Of a stretch of 64,000 bases of DNA, positions 34,001 to 42,905 are shown piece after piece. The stretch covers positions 7,660,984 to 7,724,983 of the forward strand of contig NC_092401.1 in the NCBI RefSeq assembly GCF_030028105.1, written 5' to 3'. Below the pieces are notes generated by a model. It searched no databases and was not told where the DNA came from. It saw only the letters and a program-made list of their open reading frames with translations. The translations under genes and the position numbers were made by a program. The stretch comes from Mobula birostris (taxonomy: Eukaryota). Every line of letters starts with the position of its first letter. The stretch's first letter is position 1.

Positions 34001-37000
34001 GACTTTCAATCTACTTTGTTTCGCCCGTACTGGCCCAAGAGAAGGGCTGATCCCTAAAGAATAGTCATAAAGAAAGCGGTCGGGACATTTGCCTTCATAA
34101 ATCAAAATGTTGCGTACAGGAGATGGAAAGTTATGCTGAAGTTTCATAAGGCATTGGTGAGGCCTAATTTGGAGTACTGTGTGCATTTCTGGTCACCCAC
34201 CTATTGGAAATACGTAAATAAACTTGAAAAAGTAAAGATAAAATTTACAAGGATTTTGCCCTGGACTGCAGGACCTGAGTTATGAGGAAAGATTGAATAG
34301 GTTTGGAGTTAATTCCTTGGAATGGTGAAGATTGAGAGGAGATTTCATAGAGTTATACATAACTGTGAGGGGTAAAGATAGGGTAAATGCAAGCAGGCTT
34401 TTCCCACAGAGGTTGGGTGGGAATACAACTAGAGGTCATGGGTTAAGGGTGAAAGGTGAAAAGTTTAAGGGGAACATGAGGGGAAACTTCTTCATTCAAA
34501 TGGCTGTGAGAACGTGGAACGAGCTGCCAGTGCAAGTGGTGCACGTGAGCTCGATTTGAACATTTCAGGCAAGTTAGGGTAGGTACCTGGTTGGTAGGGG
34601 TATGGAGGGCTGTGGTGCTGATGCAGATTGATGGGAGCAGGTAGATTAAATGGTTCAGCACAAACTAGGTGGGCTGTACTTTTCTATGACTCTGTCTATT
34701 ACCACCACCTGCACTGACCACCAAGAGGAACACGGGAGTATCAGGTAAGAGTGCAGAATTTGCAGGAGTTTGGAATTGTTTCAGTGACCTTCAGCCAAAT
34801 AATCTCTTCTACTTCCATGGTTCTCTGAAGTTGTAAACTTTCAGTCTTGGTTGAAGATAAACAAGTTTTGCTGAACGGATAAAACAAGAACTAAATGTGA
34901 AAACTTTCAAAACAGGACCACTCACTGCTTACTTTTGCCTATTCTTAATAAAAGCCGGAGGGGGTGATTCAGGGGCGGGGTGTGGGGTAGCAGTTCAATT
35001 TCAAAATGGAACTCACAGTACGTTTGCAGAGTCACAAATGCACCTGCGATCCGTTTGGTTGTGTCAGAGTCCAAGATCAACTCTGCCAAGCAGGTGTACA
35101 CCAGTCCATCGTCTGAGATACTTGCATTGAAATGAAGGACGTTCTTCAGTGGACCATCATCTGGGAAACCTGGTTTCTCTGTGGAAATATTTGCTATAGT
35201 CTCATTCTCTCTGAGCCAGGTGAGTATGAGTTTGTTCTTTGGATAGACCTTCGGGCCAGTACACTCCAGCTGATATGGTTTGTTAACTTCCAGCACTTCA
35301 GGAGGCGGAACAATGCTTAAGTTTCGATCTGTCAAAGGAGAATCATGTTAACAAAATTCATTCAAATTACAAATCTAGATGATACTTGTGTCATGCCATC
35401 AGGCTGGAAGCTACCCAGACAGAATATTTGTTTCCCTCTCTCACCTGATCTCCTTGCCTGCCCAGTTTCACCCATCACCTGCCACCTTGTACTTTCTTCT
35501 TCCCTCCCCCAGCTTCTCCACTTCCTGCTCAGTCCTGAAGAAGGATTTTGGCCCAAAATGTTGAATGTTTGCTCTTTTCCACAGGTGCTGCCTGGCCTGC
35601 TGAGTTCCTCCAGCATTTTGTACTTGTCCCACCTTTCTTTCCATTCATTGTCATTTCAGGTGACTTCAGAACTTTGAAATACTGTTTAATATTAAGTTTA
35701 CCTCGTTAAAAATTTCTTCAAACTTTAATGAATGTCAATAACAAGTGGTGCTCAAGTATGAAGTTATTTTACCATACACATGTACACCACCAAACAAACC
35801 AACATCCTTCTGGAGCAAGGTGCACAACACGGTACACATATAGTAAACTAACAGACTACACATAAAGTAATATTACCACAAATAACAAGGTGCATTTACA
35901 GCACAAGTTAAAATGTAAACAGTATAATGCTACTGGTGCAAATCTGCTTATTGTTGGACTTGGTTTCTGCTGTTTGTTGGGTTCTTTTCTTCCAAAAGTA
36001 GTATATCAGACCAATAACAATTAAACAGGCAAAGATAGTTACCATATATATCCAAGCTGGAGATCCAGATTGATCAATAAAAATAATCACTAAATCAATA
36101 GTACAGGTCATTGACAGTCCCAGGTAAACACTTCATAACAGAAGTACTCTTCTCTTCTGATCACTATTACCTCTGAGAGTGCTCCCTCGGGAGAGTGAAG
36201 ACTCAGGCTAGCTTCTAATGATCAAGTATGTAAAGTAATCTATCTATGTATCTATTTATTTATTTACTTATTTATCTATTTGCTTACTTACTTCCCTATT
36301 CAGATCCACTGCGGAAAAGGCCTTTTGTCAGTACCTCCAGTTGAACTGTCTTTTTGTGTGTGTTTTCCCCCTAGCCGTCAGTCTGTGGTTTTGTATTGCC
36401 ATGTGCTCCTGTCCCCGCTCCTGCTCTACTCCGGCCCTGTATTACTGAGTACTCCCTCACCTGTTTCTCACTATTACCTGTATTGCTGCCACCTGTGTCT
36501 CATCGTGCTCCACCTATCATCTGCCTCTCTGTTTATTCTCAGTGTATTTCAGTCCTGTGTTTTCACCTTTTTGTGGCCAGATTGTGCCAGTGAGTTTTCC
36601 TGAGCCTTTCCAGCATTTGTATCTGAACTCTCTCCAAGTGAATAAGGCTCTGCCTCTTTCCTGATTCTGGTTTTTGGATTTCTCTGGATGTTTTGATCTC
36701 TGCCTGAATTTTGACGCCAACTTTGTTTGCACTTTGGGATTTGTTACTTAATTAATATCACTGTGTCTGCAATTGGATCCCTGCTCCAGCGCCCTGACAC
36801 CTTTCTGGTCCTTTGAGCCATGCTGTCCAGCAGACCCGATTTAATCTGTGCCTTATCAGAGGACAATTAGCAAAGACCAATTAACCTACCAAGCAGTACA
36901 TCATTGGACTGTGGGAGGAAACTGGAGATCCCGGAGGAAACCCACATGGTCACAGGGAGAATGTACAAATTCCTGACAGGCCGTGACGGGAATTGAAACT

Positions 37001-40000
37001 GGGTCACCCATGCATGTAAAGTGTTGTGTTAACCACTACACTACCATGTCACCCACAAACATCTTGTGGAAAAGGACTACCCAGTGAGGTTCCCATATGG
37101 TCAGATATAAATGAGGTTAATCATCTACTATTTTCCAGATGTCAGGTGAAGCAAGTTCAGTTCCTTCATACACCTAACACTTTGGACTGTGAAATAGCGA
37201 CATAGGTTTCCTGACCTGATACACTCTGAACGTTATTGCTCCATTTCTGCAGAATTATCTCTGTACAATGTCAATATCTAAACCCCTTTCAGACTGTGAA
37301 CTCATTGTGGGGGAGTGAAGTGTAAATCCATTTCCCAGCAGGCCGTTCTCTACCTCACCTGATACACGACAGCATCTTTCTGTGAAACTTAATTTCATTT
37401 TGCTTCCTTTCATCCTGTTACATTCTGCTATGGGATTTACTTAGAACAAGAGATGTCACTTACTGTACACTGGAACCACCAGTTTCCTCTCCTGCACTGC
37501 TTTTCCTGCAGATGAGCAGATTACAGTACACGGCACTGTCAGATCCCATTTCTGGATACTCAGAAATCGATCTGTAATGAACTTATCACCATGAGTTCTG
37601 TTGGGATTCATCCCTGGTTTGTATTCCATAATCATTGTTTGGTTGTTACACATTGTACTGCAGGTCACCTCCAGGGAGTGTCCAAATTCCACCGCTGGGG
37701 TGTTTGTTTTGATGGAAACCTCAAATCCATTCAGTTTACCTGCCAGAGAGACACAGGGAAATCATTCAGTGTAGTCCTGGGTGCAGCTTTGATCTCTGTA
37801 CCTAACGATGGATGTACTTCCCATTGAGGCAGTGAAGAGGAGATTCACCAGACTGATTCCTGATATTGCAGACTTTCAGAAGTGATGGAATTAACAGATC
37901 AGTGTAAACTAGAATTGGAGGAGATCAAACTGAAGTGCACAGAAATGTCAAGATATTTTGACAAGTTGAAACAGGATTGATGTTTGCTCTGGCTAGGGAT
38001 TCCAACAGGTGTTTGGAGATTCAGGATGCAAGATGGAGATATTGGGAATACCTGCAACACTTGGTTATGGAGGTCAAGGTAATAAATCTATTTCAGAAGG
38101 CTAAGAAAGATACCATTATATTTATCTGGGGATATGGGGAAGAAATAAGGTGCCTAGTCAATGGATTTAGTTGTCTGCACCCAGCCCTGTCTATTTCTAT
38201 ACAAATCAAACATTTAATTTTTTTCTCAGCATAATTATAGTTCTAAATATGCCACAACATTTAAAAAAAAGTCTTGTACAGCTGCAATGTACCTGTCAAC
38301 ATTCATGCTCAGTGTTCCCACCAGTGAAGGTGAGCACATTTCACACTGTCTTTACTGCCCTTTCCATTTTAAGGGAGTGATGGACGTCCACTCCAAGATC
38401 CCTCTCTACATCAATATTCTCGTATCCTGCCATTTACTGTATATATTTCTCTAGTATTTGATGTCCAAAAATGCATCACCTCACACTTGTCTGTCTAAAT
38501 TTCCAGCCGACCTCCTTTAACTCCTGCTATATCCTTTGACAATGTTCATCACTCTCCAGTACTCCATCAACTTCTCTGCAAACCTACTGATCAGACCATC
38601 CATATGCTCATCCAAGTTATTAATTTATATTACAAACAAGAGATCCCTGGGCTGATACTTGCAGAACACCAATGGTCACAGTCCTCCAGTCAGAAAAGCA
38701 TCACAACCATCCATCTTCTGTGATGAAGCCAATTATTTTCTCTTAACTATCTGAAATAACCTCTTGTGTCTGAAGGTCATGGCTACCTCTCAGAATGGAC
38801 CATAGGTATAAATGTTGGACAGGAAATTGATTTTCTGAAGAGCCACACTGAGAAACTGAGTAATTTTCATATCAAAAGGGGAAGAAAGTTGTTTGTTTTT
38901 TCCACTTATTGTGACAGTGATGTTTCAGGTAACTACCATCCTGATGAACAGTCTTGGCCCAAAACTTTGACTGTTTATTCTTTTCCATAGATGCTGCCTG
39001 GTCTGCTGAGTTCCTCCAGCATTTTGCGTGTATTACTTTGATTTCCAGCAGTGACAGATTTTCTCTCGTTTGTGATTCAACTATGGACTATGCCCAATAT
39101 CCCCTGAGGCGTTTTCTTGACCTGCCTCGGCTCTTCAGGTGAAGGTGGGGTCAGAGTTCCAGGATTTATACCCAGTGATGATGAAGGGATGGCACAATAC
39201 ACTTAGTGGCCAACTTTATTAGATAAACCCGTACAGCTGCTCATTAATGCAAACATCTAATCAGCAAATCATGTGGTAGCAACTCAAAACATAAAAGCAT
39301 GTAGTCATGGTCAAGAGGTTCAATTGTTGTTCAGACCAAACATCAGAATGAATAGGAAATGTGATCTAAATGACTTTGAACATGGAATGATTATTGGTGC
39401 CAGACGGGGTGGCTTGAGTATCTCACAAACTGCCGATCTCCTTGCATTTTCACACATAACAGTTTCTTGTGTTTACAGAAAATAATGTTTAAAAACATAC
39501 TCAGTGCCCACTTTATCGGGTAGAGGAGTTACCTAATGAAGAAGCCAGAGTGTATCTCCGGGTCAGAATGATGTGTAACCAGATGAGGAATGTACTAGTG
39601 TTGGTGATCCCATGCACCAGCTCCCATGTCCTTTGGGAGGTGTTGTTGCTTAAGAAATGGGGAGAGAAAAAGCTGCTTGCAGCCTCTTCCATCTGAAATG
39701 ATCCAGACAATGCTGGAAACACCCAGCAGACCAGGAAGGAAAAACAAAGTTAACATTTCTGGTTGAAGAACTTGCTTCATAACTGCCTTTATTTCGGATT
39801 TCCAGCATTGGCGCTTTTTAAAAATGTTGTTTCTTCCAGCTGCCCCAAAGCCCTTGGGGGACCCCGGGAAAGTAATTTGCAAGGGTTGGTGTGGTGCCAG
39901 AGCAGAATGGGCACATAGAGACACTGGTGACTGTAGATGCGGGAATCTGGAACAACAAACTCAGCGGGTCGATCGCTTCTGTGTCGGGAAAAGGAAAGAA

Positions 40001-40320
40001 CGACGTTTCCGGTGGAGACCTTGCATCAGGGCGCGTTATGGTGACTAGTCAGACTGTTATAGCGGAAGGACGTACAGGAACTCGGGCTATGTGCGCTTTG
40101 GTGGCTATTGCAGTTTTACACAAAGGTATAGAGTTGTAAACGGAGTCAAAACCGGACCCGCGGTCAGACTCAGCCCAGCGCTCAACGGTGATAGAGTGTA
40201 CCGAGTACTGAAAGAATACAGAGTACCAGGGACTAGGAAACGGAATGAAAGTGCTTCTGACGTAATGAGTAAAATAATGATATATGTTGCTAAAGTCTTC
40301 ATTTCTATCTTCCTCGCCAT
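18807..40320 (-). CDS. ICAM-like cell adhesion molecule (signal peptide + 6 Ig domains + TM + 49-aa-scale tail), 8 coding exons, 670 aa
   Basis: Exons 40227-40320, 37464-37739, 35017-35328, 33170-33463, 30455-30736, 24042-24287, 21469-21750, 18807-19033. All are joined by phase-1 GT-AG introns and total 2013 nt with no internal stop. D1 has the ICAM-type four-Cys pattern (VTCSTMC ... VPCTVIC). Which ICAM ortholog it is cannot be determined here. Confidence 0.9.
19300..19520 (-). mobile_element. Old Deu-domain/SacSINE-like SINE remnant
   Basis: tttaatgcctcagctggaaggcagcacctcagagagtgctccctcag; a similar remnant lies at 21150-21310. Confidence 0.45.
19695..19920 (+). mobile_element. HE1-like SINE
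   Basis: ggcacggtaacattgtggttagcacagcgctttacag..ggttcagttcc head and conserved core. Confidence 0.75.
20220..20356 (-). mobile_element. Short tRNA-derived SINE
   Basis: Minus strand reads gctggtggtgtagtggcatcagc..gtttgaatccagccggctcc..gcctcgtaaaaa. Confidence 0.6.
20610..20790. mobile_element. Older palindromic Penelope-terminus-derived element
   Basis: ctgcagatgctggaaat.. is inverted relative to ..gatgctgttggacctgctgagtat..cattttctg. Confidence 0.45.
20826..21028. mobile_element. Palindromic Penelope-terminus element carrying hammerhead-ribozyme-like cores on both strands
   Basis: ~95-bp inverted arms separated by a ~9-bp spacer. Plus core CTGATGA(20935)..GAAAC ATC GACTG; minus core CTATTGA AGGG TCTCGG TCC GAAAC ATC. 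Confidence 0.7.
21469..21750 (-). CDS. ICAM-like exon 7: Ig domain 6 (I-set like)
   Basis: Acceptor ctcttttccag|AT and donor GAA G|GTCAGT. Translates YKPRNTT..VTCHSSGNP..LTWER..HQGIYKCRASNKLG. Confidence 0.92.
21790..22280 (-). mobile_element. CR1 LINE 3' fragment
   Basis: SPHYRKDEEALEMVQRRFTRMLPGLE and the CR1 tail. Confidence 0.8.
22900..23310 (-). mobile_element. CR1 LINE 3' fragment
   Basis: Reverse CR1 tail (gtacagcacaggaataggcccttcggccca); ORF 22886-23125 is CR1-like. Confidence 0.75.
24042..24287 (-). CDS. ICAM-like exon 6: Ig domain 5 (I-set like)
   Basis: Acceptor ccaactttacag|AT and donor TTG T|GTAAGT. Translates YSPRK..QTLTCRADANP..VSWFKDG..DSGQYMCRVRN. Confidence 0.93.
24440..24830 (-). 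mobile_element. Tc1-like non-autonomous transposon
   Basis: TIR acactcagtggccactttattagg; same family as 39198-39520 and 45063-45621. Confidence 0.75.
24870..25480 (+). mobile_element. CR1 LINE 3' end
   Basis: MLNGLDRVD..RARGHSHRIEGCPFRMEIRKNFFSQR. Confidence 0.85.
27593..27637 (-). CDS. Candidate 45-nt in-frame mini-exon containing an ATG (intron between Ig4 and Ig5)
   Basis: cctgtttctgatttcccttacag|CGCTGC...ATGGCGCAGTCTGGTGAAG|GTAATT. It is phase 1-1 with no stop and reads SLLSFPRELMAQSGE. Confidence 0.42.
27600..28050 (-). promoter_or_regulatory. Intronic GC/CpG-rich promoter-like segment
   Basis: CpG cluster with TTTTCCGCC (E2F-like), CGGAAG (ETS core, minus strand) and a 19-G run at 27965-27983. 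It lies just upstream (minus strand) of the 45-nt mini-exon. Confidence 0.35.
29545..29812 (+). mobile_element. HE1-like SINE
   Basis: tRNA-like head, conserved core, and an (aaata)n tail. Confidence 0.75.
29835..30110 (-). mobile_element. CR1 3' fragment
   Basis: Reverse CR1 tail (gtacagcccttcagccca..accactctctatgtg). Confidence 0.6.
30455..30736 (-). CDS. ICAM-like exon 5: Ig domain 4
   Basis: Acceptor ttttctgttgttacag|CT and donor CAG T|GTAAGT. Translates FSNPEI..VNITCSV..NGQQFTCEAKL. Confidence 0.93.
31032..31727. mobile_element. Solo LTR (696 bp), family shared with 57121-57816
   Basis: TGTAG...TTACA termini with near-TSD caca/cact. It is highly similar to the 57.1-kb copy. Confidence 0.85.
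33170..33463 (-). CDS. ICAM-like exon 4: Ig domain 3
   Basis: Acceptor gtgtattacag|CT and donor TAT G|GTAAGT. Translates FPEPP..TLTCEVSNVYPAEKVRLRWF..LNCMAD. Confidence 0.93.
33745..34695 (+). mobile_element. HE1-like SINE (33745-33995) followed by a CR1 3' end (34090-34695)
   Basis: ggcacggtagtgtagtggttagcacaacgc head, then LVRPNLEYCV and RGDFIELY..TRGHGLRVKG. Confidence 0.8.
35017..35328 (-). CDS. ICAM-like exon 3: Ig domain 2
   Basis: Acceptor ctcctttgacag|AT and donor TAC T|GTGAGT. Translates QLECTGPKVYPKNKLILTWLR..YTCLAEL. Confidence 0.93.
35385..35625 (+). mobile_element. Penelope-like 3' terminus with degenerate hammerhead motif
   Basis: cagtcctgaagaagga..gccc aaaat gtt gaatg..gctgcctggcctgctgagttcctccagc. 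Confidence 0.65.
35908..36056 (-). CDS. Candidate alternative terminal exon (TM + short tail) in intron 2 of the ICAM-like gene
   Basis: Phase-1 acceptor ggatctccag|CT (a second in-phase acceptor tttag|TG at 36089). Reads (T)WIYMVTIFACLIVIGLIYYFW KKRTQQTAE..TF*. ATTAAA lies at 35724-35729. Confidence 0.5.
36326..36799 (+). mobile_element. Solo LTR (474 bp) inserted into an HE1-like SINE
   Basis: TGTCA...TGACA termini with a perfect 5-bp TSD ccttt (36321-36325 / 36800-36804). The flanks rejoin as the minus-strand SINE at ~36300-37050. Confidence 0.88.
37464..37739 (-). CDS. ICAM-like exon 2: Ig domain 1 (ICAM N-terminal type)
   Basis: Acceptor tctctctggcag|GT and donor TAC A|GTAAGT. Translates GKLNGFEVSIK..VEFGHSLEVTCSTMCNNQTMIMEYKPG..VPCTVIC..VVPVY. 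Confidence 0.93.
38935..39065 (+). mobile_element. Penelope-like terminus with degenerate hammerhead motif
   Basis: CTGATGA at 38941, followed by gatgctgcctggtctgctgagttcctccagc. Confidence 0.65.
39198..39520 (+). mobile_element. Tc1-like transposon remnant
   Basis: TIR-like tacacttagtggccaactttatt; LNDFEHGMIIGARRGGLSISQTADLL is a Tc1 paired-like HTH. Confidence 0.75.
40227..40320 (-). CDS. ICAM-like exon 1: signal peptide MARKIEMKTLATYIIILLITSEALSFRFLVP
   Basis: ATG at 40320 with a second in-frame ATG at 40302 and a hydrophobic core YIIILLIT. The phase-1 donor CTG|GTACTC is weak; an alternative phase-1 GT lies a few codons further on. Confidence 0.72.
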
Positions 40321-40329
40321 TCTTCAGAG

Positions 40330-40790
40330 GAATTTAAGCTAACGTTAAATTTCTGTTTTGCCAAAATAAATATTGCCGAGGAAATTGGAAACGAGATGGC
40401 GTCTATGTTTAATAAACCACTCAGTAGCACACAATCCGAAATGCACAGGTTGTGTGCGTAGTTACACTCTAACGCTGTGTGTCTCCGGGCGAACATATTT
40501 GATTAATATTTAAAACCAAGTTACCTACCTGTTACCACCAAGAGTAAAGCAAAAAGGGAAATCGACCTGGAATACATAATCATCAAATCTCAAACGAAAA
40601 CGTGGAACGAATTTGATTAACTTTTTTCAAAGTCCCGAGATGAACGCGAAGAGCCAGTACTGATCCGCTTGGCGGTATCGAGCAGTGACGAGGTGGCAGC
40701 GCTTCCGGGATGAAAGTTCCGCGGACCGCACCCCACCCGGCAGTAACTCGGGCTCTTTATTTAACATTCGGACATCTACAGTTGTTGCAT
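40330..40790 (-). promoter_or_regulatory. Putative promoter / CpG-rich 5' region of the ICAM-like gene, with adjacent GAS/ETS-like and kB-like motifs
   Basis: CpG-dense segment around 39960-40790. TTCCGGGAT at 40703-40711 (CCGGAAG on the minus strand) abuts TGAAAGTTCC at 40711-40720. Confidence 0.5.
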
Positions 40791-41122
40791 AACTACTGAT
40801 CGACTAGTAAAACTTCGGTTCATGAATACCTTGCTTTTCTGGAACATGACAAGTTTGTGCATTGTGCAAAATGCGCAGTTTGTTACCATGTTTACAGTTC
40901 AACTCTCAACAACAGCTCTGAATCTCTTTAATTCTCCGGTACAGCGTCAGCTTCTTCCTGGTATTGCATCTCCAAGACAGTCACTAAAACTAACCTACCT
41001 TCACTGTAGAATTTATTTTGAATATCAACGTGAGAGGAGATGTTCTTTCTGTCATTGCGGGGGAGTCAGAAGTAAATTTGCGTAGGTGCCTCAACTGTAA
41101 CATTCCGCGGATCGGGTTAAGG

Positions 41123-41314
41123 CAGGGGTGGCCAACCTGTTATATTCCATGCGTCAATTTTTTCATGCACGAGTTCAGATGTGCCATACAACCCTTGTAC
41201 CCCATCCAATTCTTGTAAAAATATGTTAGTATAGAACTCGTGTGTGAAAAAAACGCATCTGAACCCGTGTGTGAAAAAATTGCCGCATGGAATGTGAAAG
41301 GTTGGCCACCCCTG
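41123..41314. mobile_element. hAT-family MITE (192 bp)
   Basis: Perfect TIR caggggtggccaacct / aggttggccacccctg and a perfect 8-bp TSD ggttaagg. Confidence 0.93.
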
Positions 41315-41544
41315 GGTTAAGGTAATACAGATGGAGGGAAATCTGAAATGTTTGTGGCCAGAAGTGTTTCGGATTTTGGATTTTTCAGGAATTTGGAATA
41401 ATGCAATCAAATAGCTTGGAAAAACTATCATTTCCAACTCTGAATTACTGATGTAGCCATTCAGTGAGTTAGATTTTCATTAGGATAATCTTGGCAAACT
41501 CATCAATGAATTTCTCTGCTGCTTCATGATCAACAGACCTTTAT

Positions 41545-41810
41545 CATCACGACTACTACTACTAAGTCGACTCAGGCCTAGGGGACCAGCGTCAGGCACG
41601 ATGACAGACTCTCCACTTCTCCCTCTCCCTCATCAGTACATTCAGTTGATCTACATTAGCCGCGCCACTGTCTTCTAGGAGCATGTTGACCATAGTCTTG
41701 GGAGGGCACCCAGGGTTCATCCTCCCATGCTTGGGTTCCCATATGATGACTAGGCTGGCAGGGAGCTCGGGGTGGTGTAGACAGTGCCCCACTAGTTGCA
41801 GTCTAATCTT
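41545..41810 (-). mobile_element. RTE-clade LINE 3' end
   Basis: RLQLVGHCLHHPELPASLVIIWEPKHG..P.T and a (tag)n tail. Confidence 0.7.
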
Positions 41811-41896
41811 AAAAAATTTAATGCTACACCTTTTCTTAAATTTCTGCAAATACCCTGCTGAATATTTACAATTGCCTTCAATTTGCTGTTCATCCT

Positions 41897-42905
41897 GTGA
41901 CTAGTGGTGTGCCACAGGGATCAATGCTGGGTCCATTGTTATTTGTCATCTATATCAATGATCTGGATGATAATGTGGTAAATTGGATCAGCAAGTTTGC
42001 TGATGATACAAAGATTGGAGGTGTAGTTGACAGTGAGGAAGGTTTTCAGAGCCTGCAGAGGGACTTGGACCAGCTGGAAAAATGGGCTGAAAAATGGCAG
42101 ATGGAGTTTAATACTGACAAGTGTGAGGTATTGCATGTTGGAAGGACAAACCAACATAGAACATACAGGGTTAATAGTAAGGCACTGAGGAGTGCAGTGG
42201 AACAGAGGGATCTGGGAATACAGATACAAAATTCCCTAAAAGTGTCATCACAGGTAGATAGGGTCGTAAAGACAGCTTTTGGTACATTGGCCTTTATTAA
42301 TCAAAGTATTGAGTATAAGAGCTGGAATGTTATGATGAGGTTGTATAAGGCATTGGTGAGGCCGAATCTGGAGTATTGTGTTCAGTTTTAGTCACCAAGT
42401 TACAGGAAGGATATAAATAAGGTTGAAAGAGTGCAGAGAAGGTTTACAAGGATGTTGCCAGGACTTAAGAAACTCAGTTACAGAGAAAGGTTGAATAGGT
42501 TAGGACTTTATTCCCTTGAGCATAAAAGAATGAGGGGAGATTTGATAGAAGTATATAAAATTATGATGGGTATAGATAGAGTGAATGCAAGCAGGCTTTT
42601 TCCACTGAGGCAAGGGGAGAAAAAAACCAGAGGACATGGGTTAAGGGTGAAGGGGGAAAAGTTTAAAGGGAACATTAGGGGGGGCTTCTTCACACAGAGA
42701 GTGGTGGGAGTATGGAATGAGCTGCCAGACGAGGTGGTAAATGTGGGTTCTTTTTTAACATTTAAGAATAAATTGGACAGATACATGGATGGGAGGTGTA
42801 TGGAGGGATATGGTCTGTGTGCAGGTCAGTGGGACTAGGCAGAAAATGGTTTGGCACAGCCAAGAAGGGCCAAAAGGCCTGTTTCTGTGCTGTAGTTTCT
42901 ATGGT
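41897..42905 (+). mobile_element. Young 5'-truncated CR1 LINE (RT C-terminal half)
   Basis: TSGVPQGSMLGPLLFVIYINDLD..KFADDTK. A single TAG separates ORFs 41897-42391 and 42431-42838. Tail (tttctatgg)n. Confidence 0.92.
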
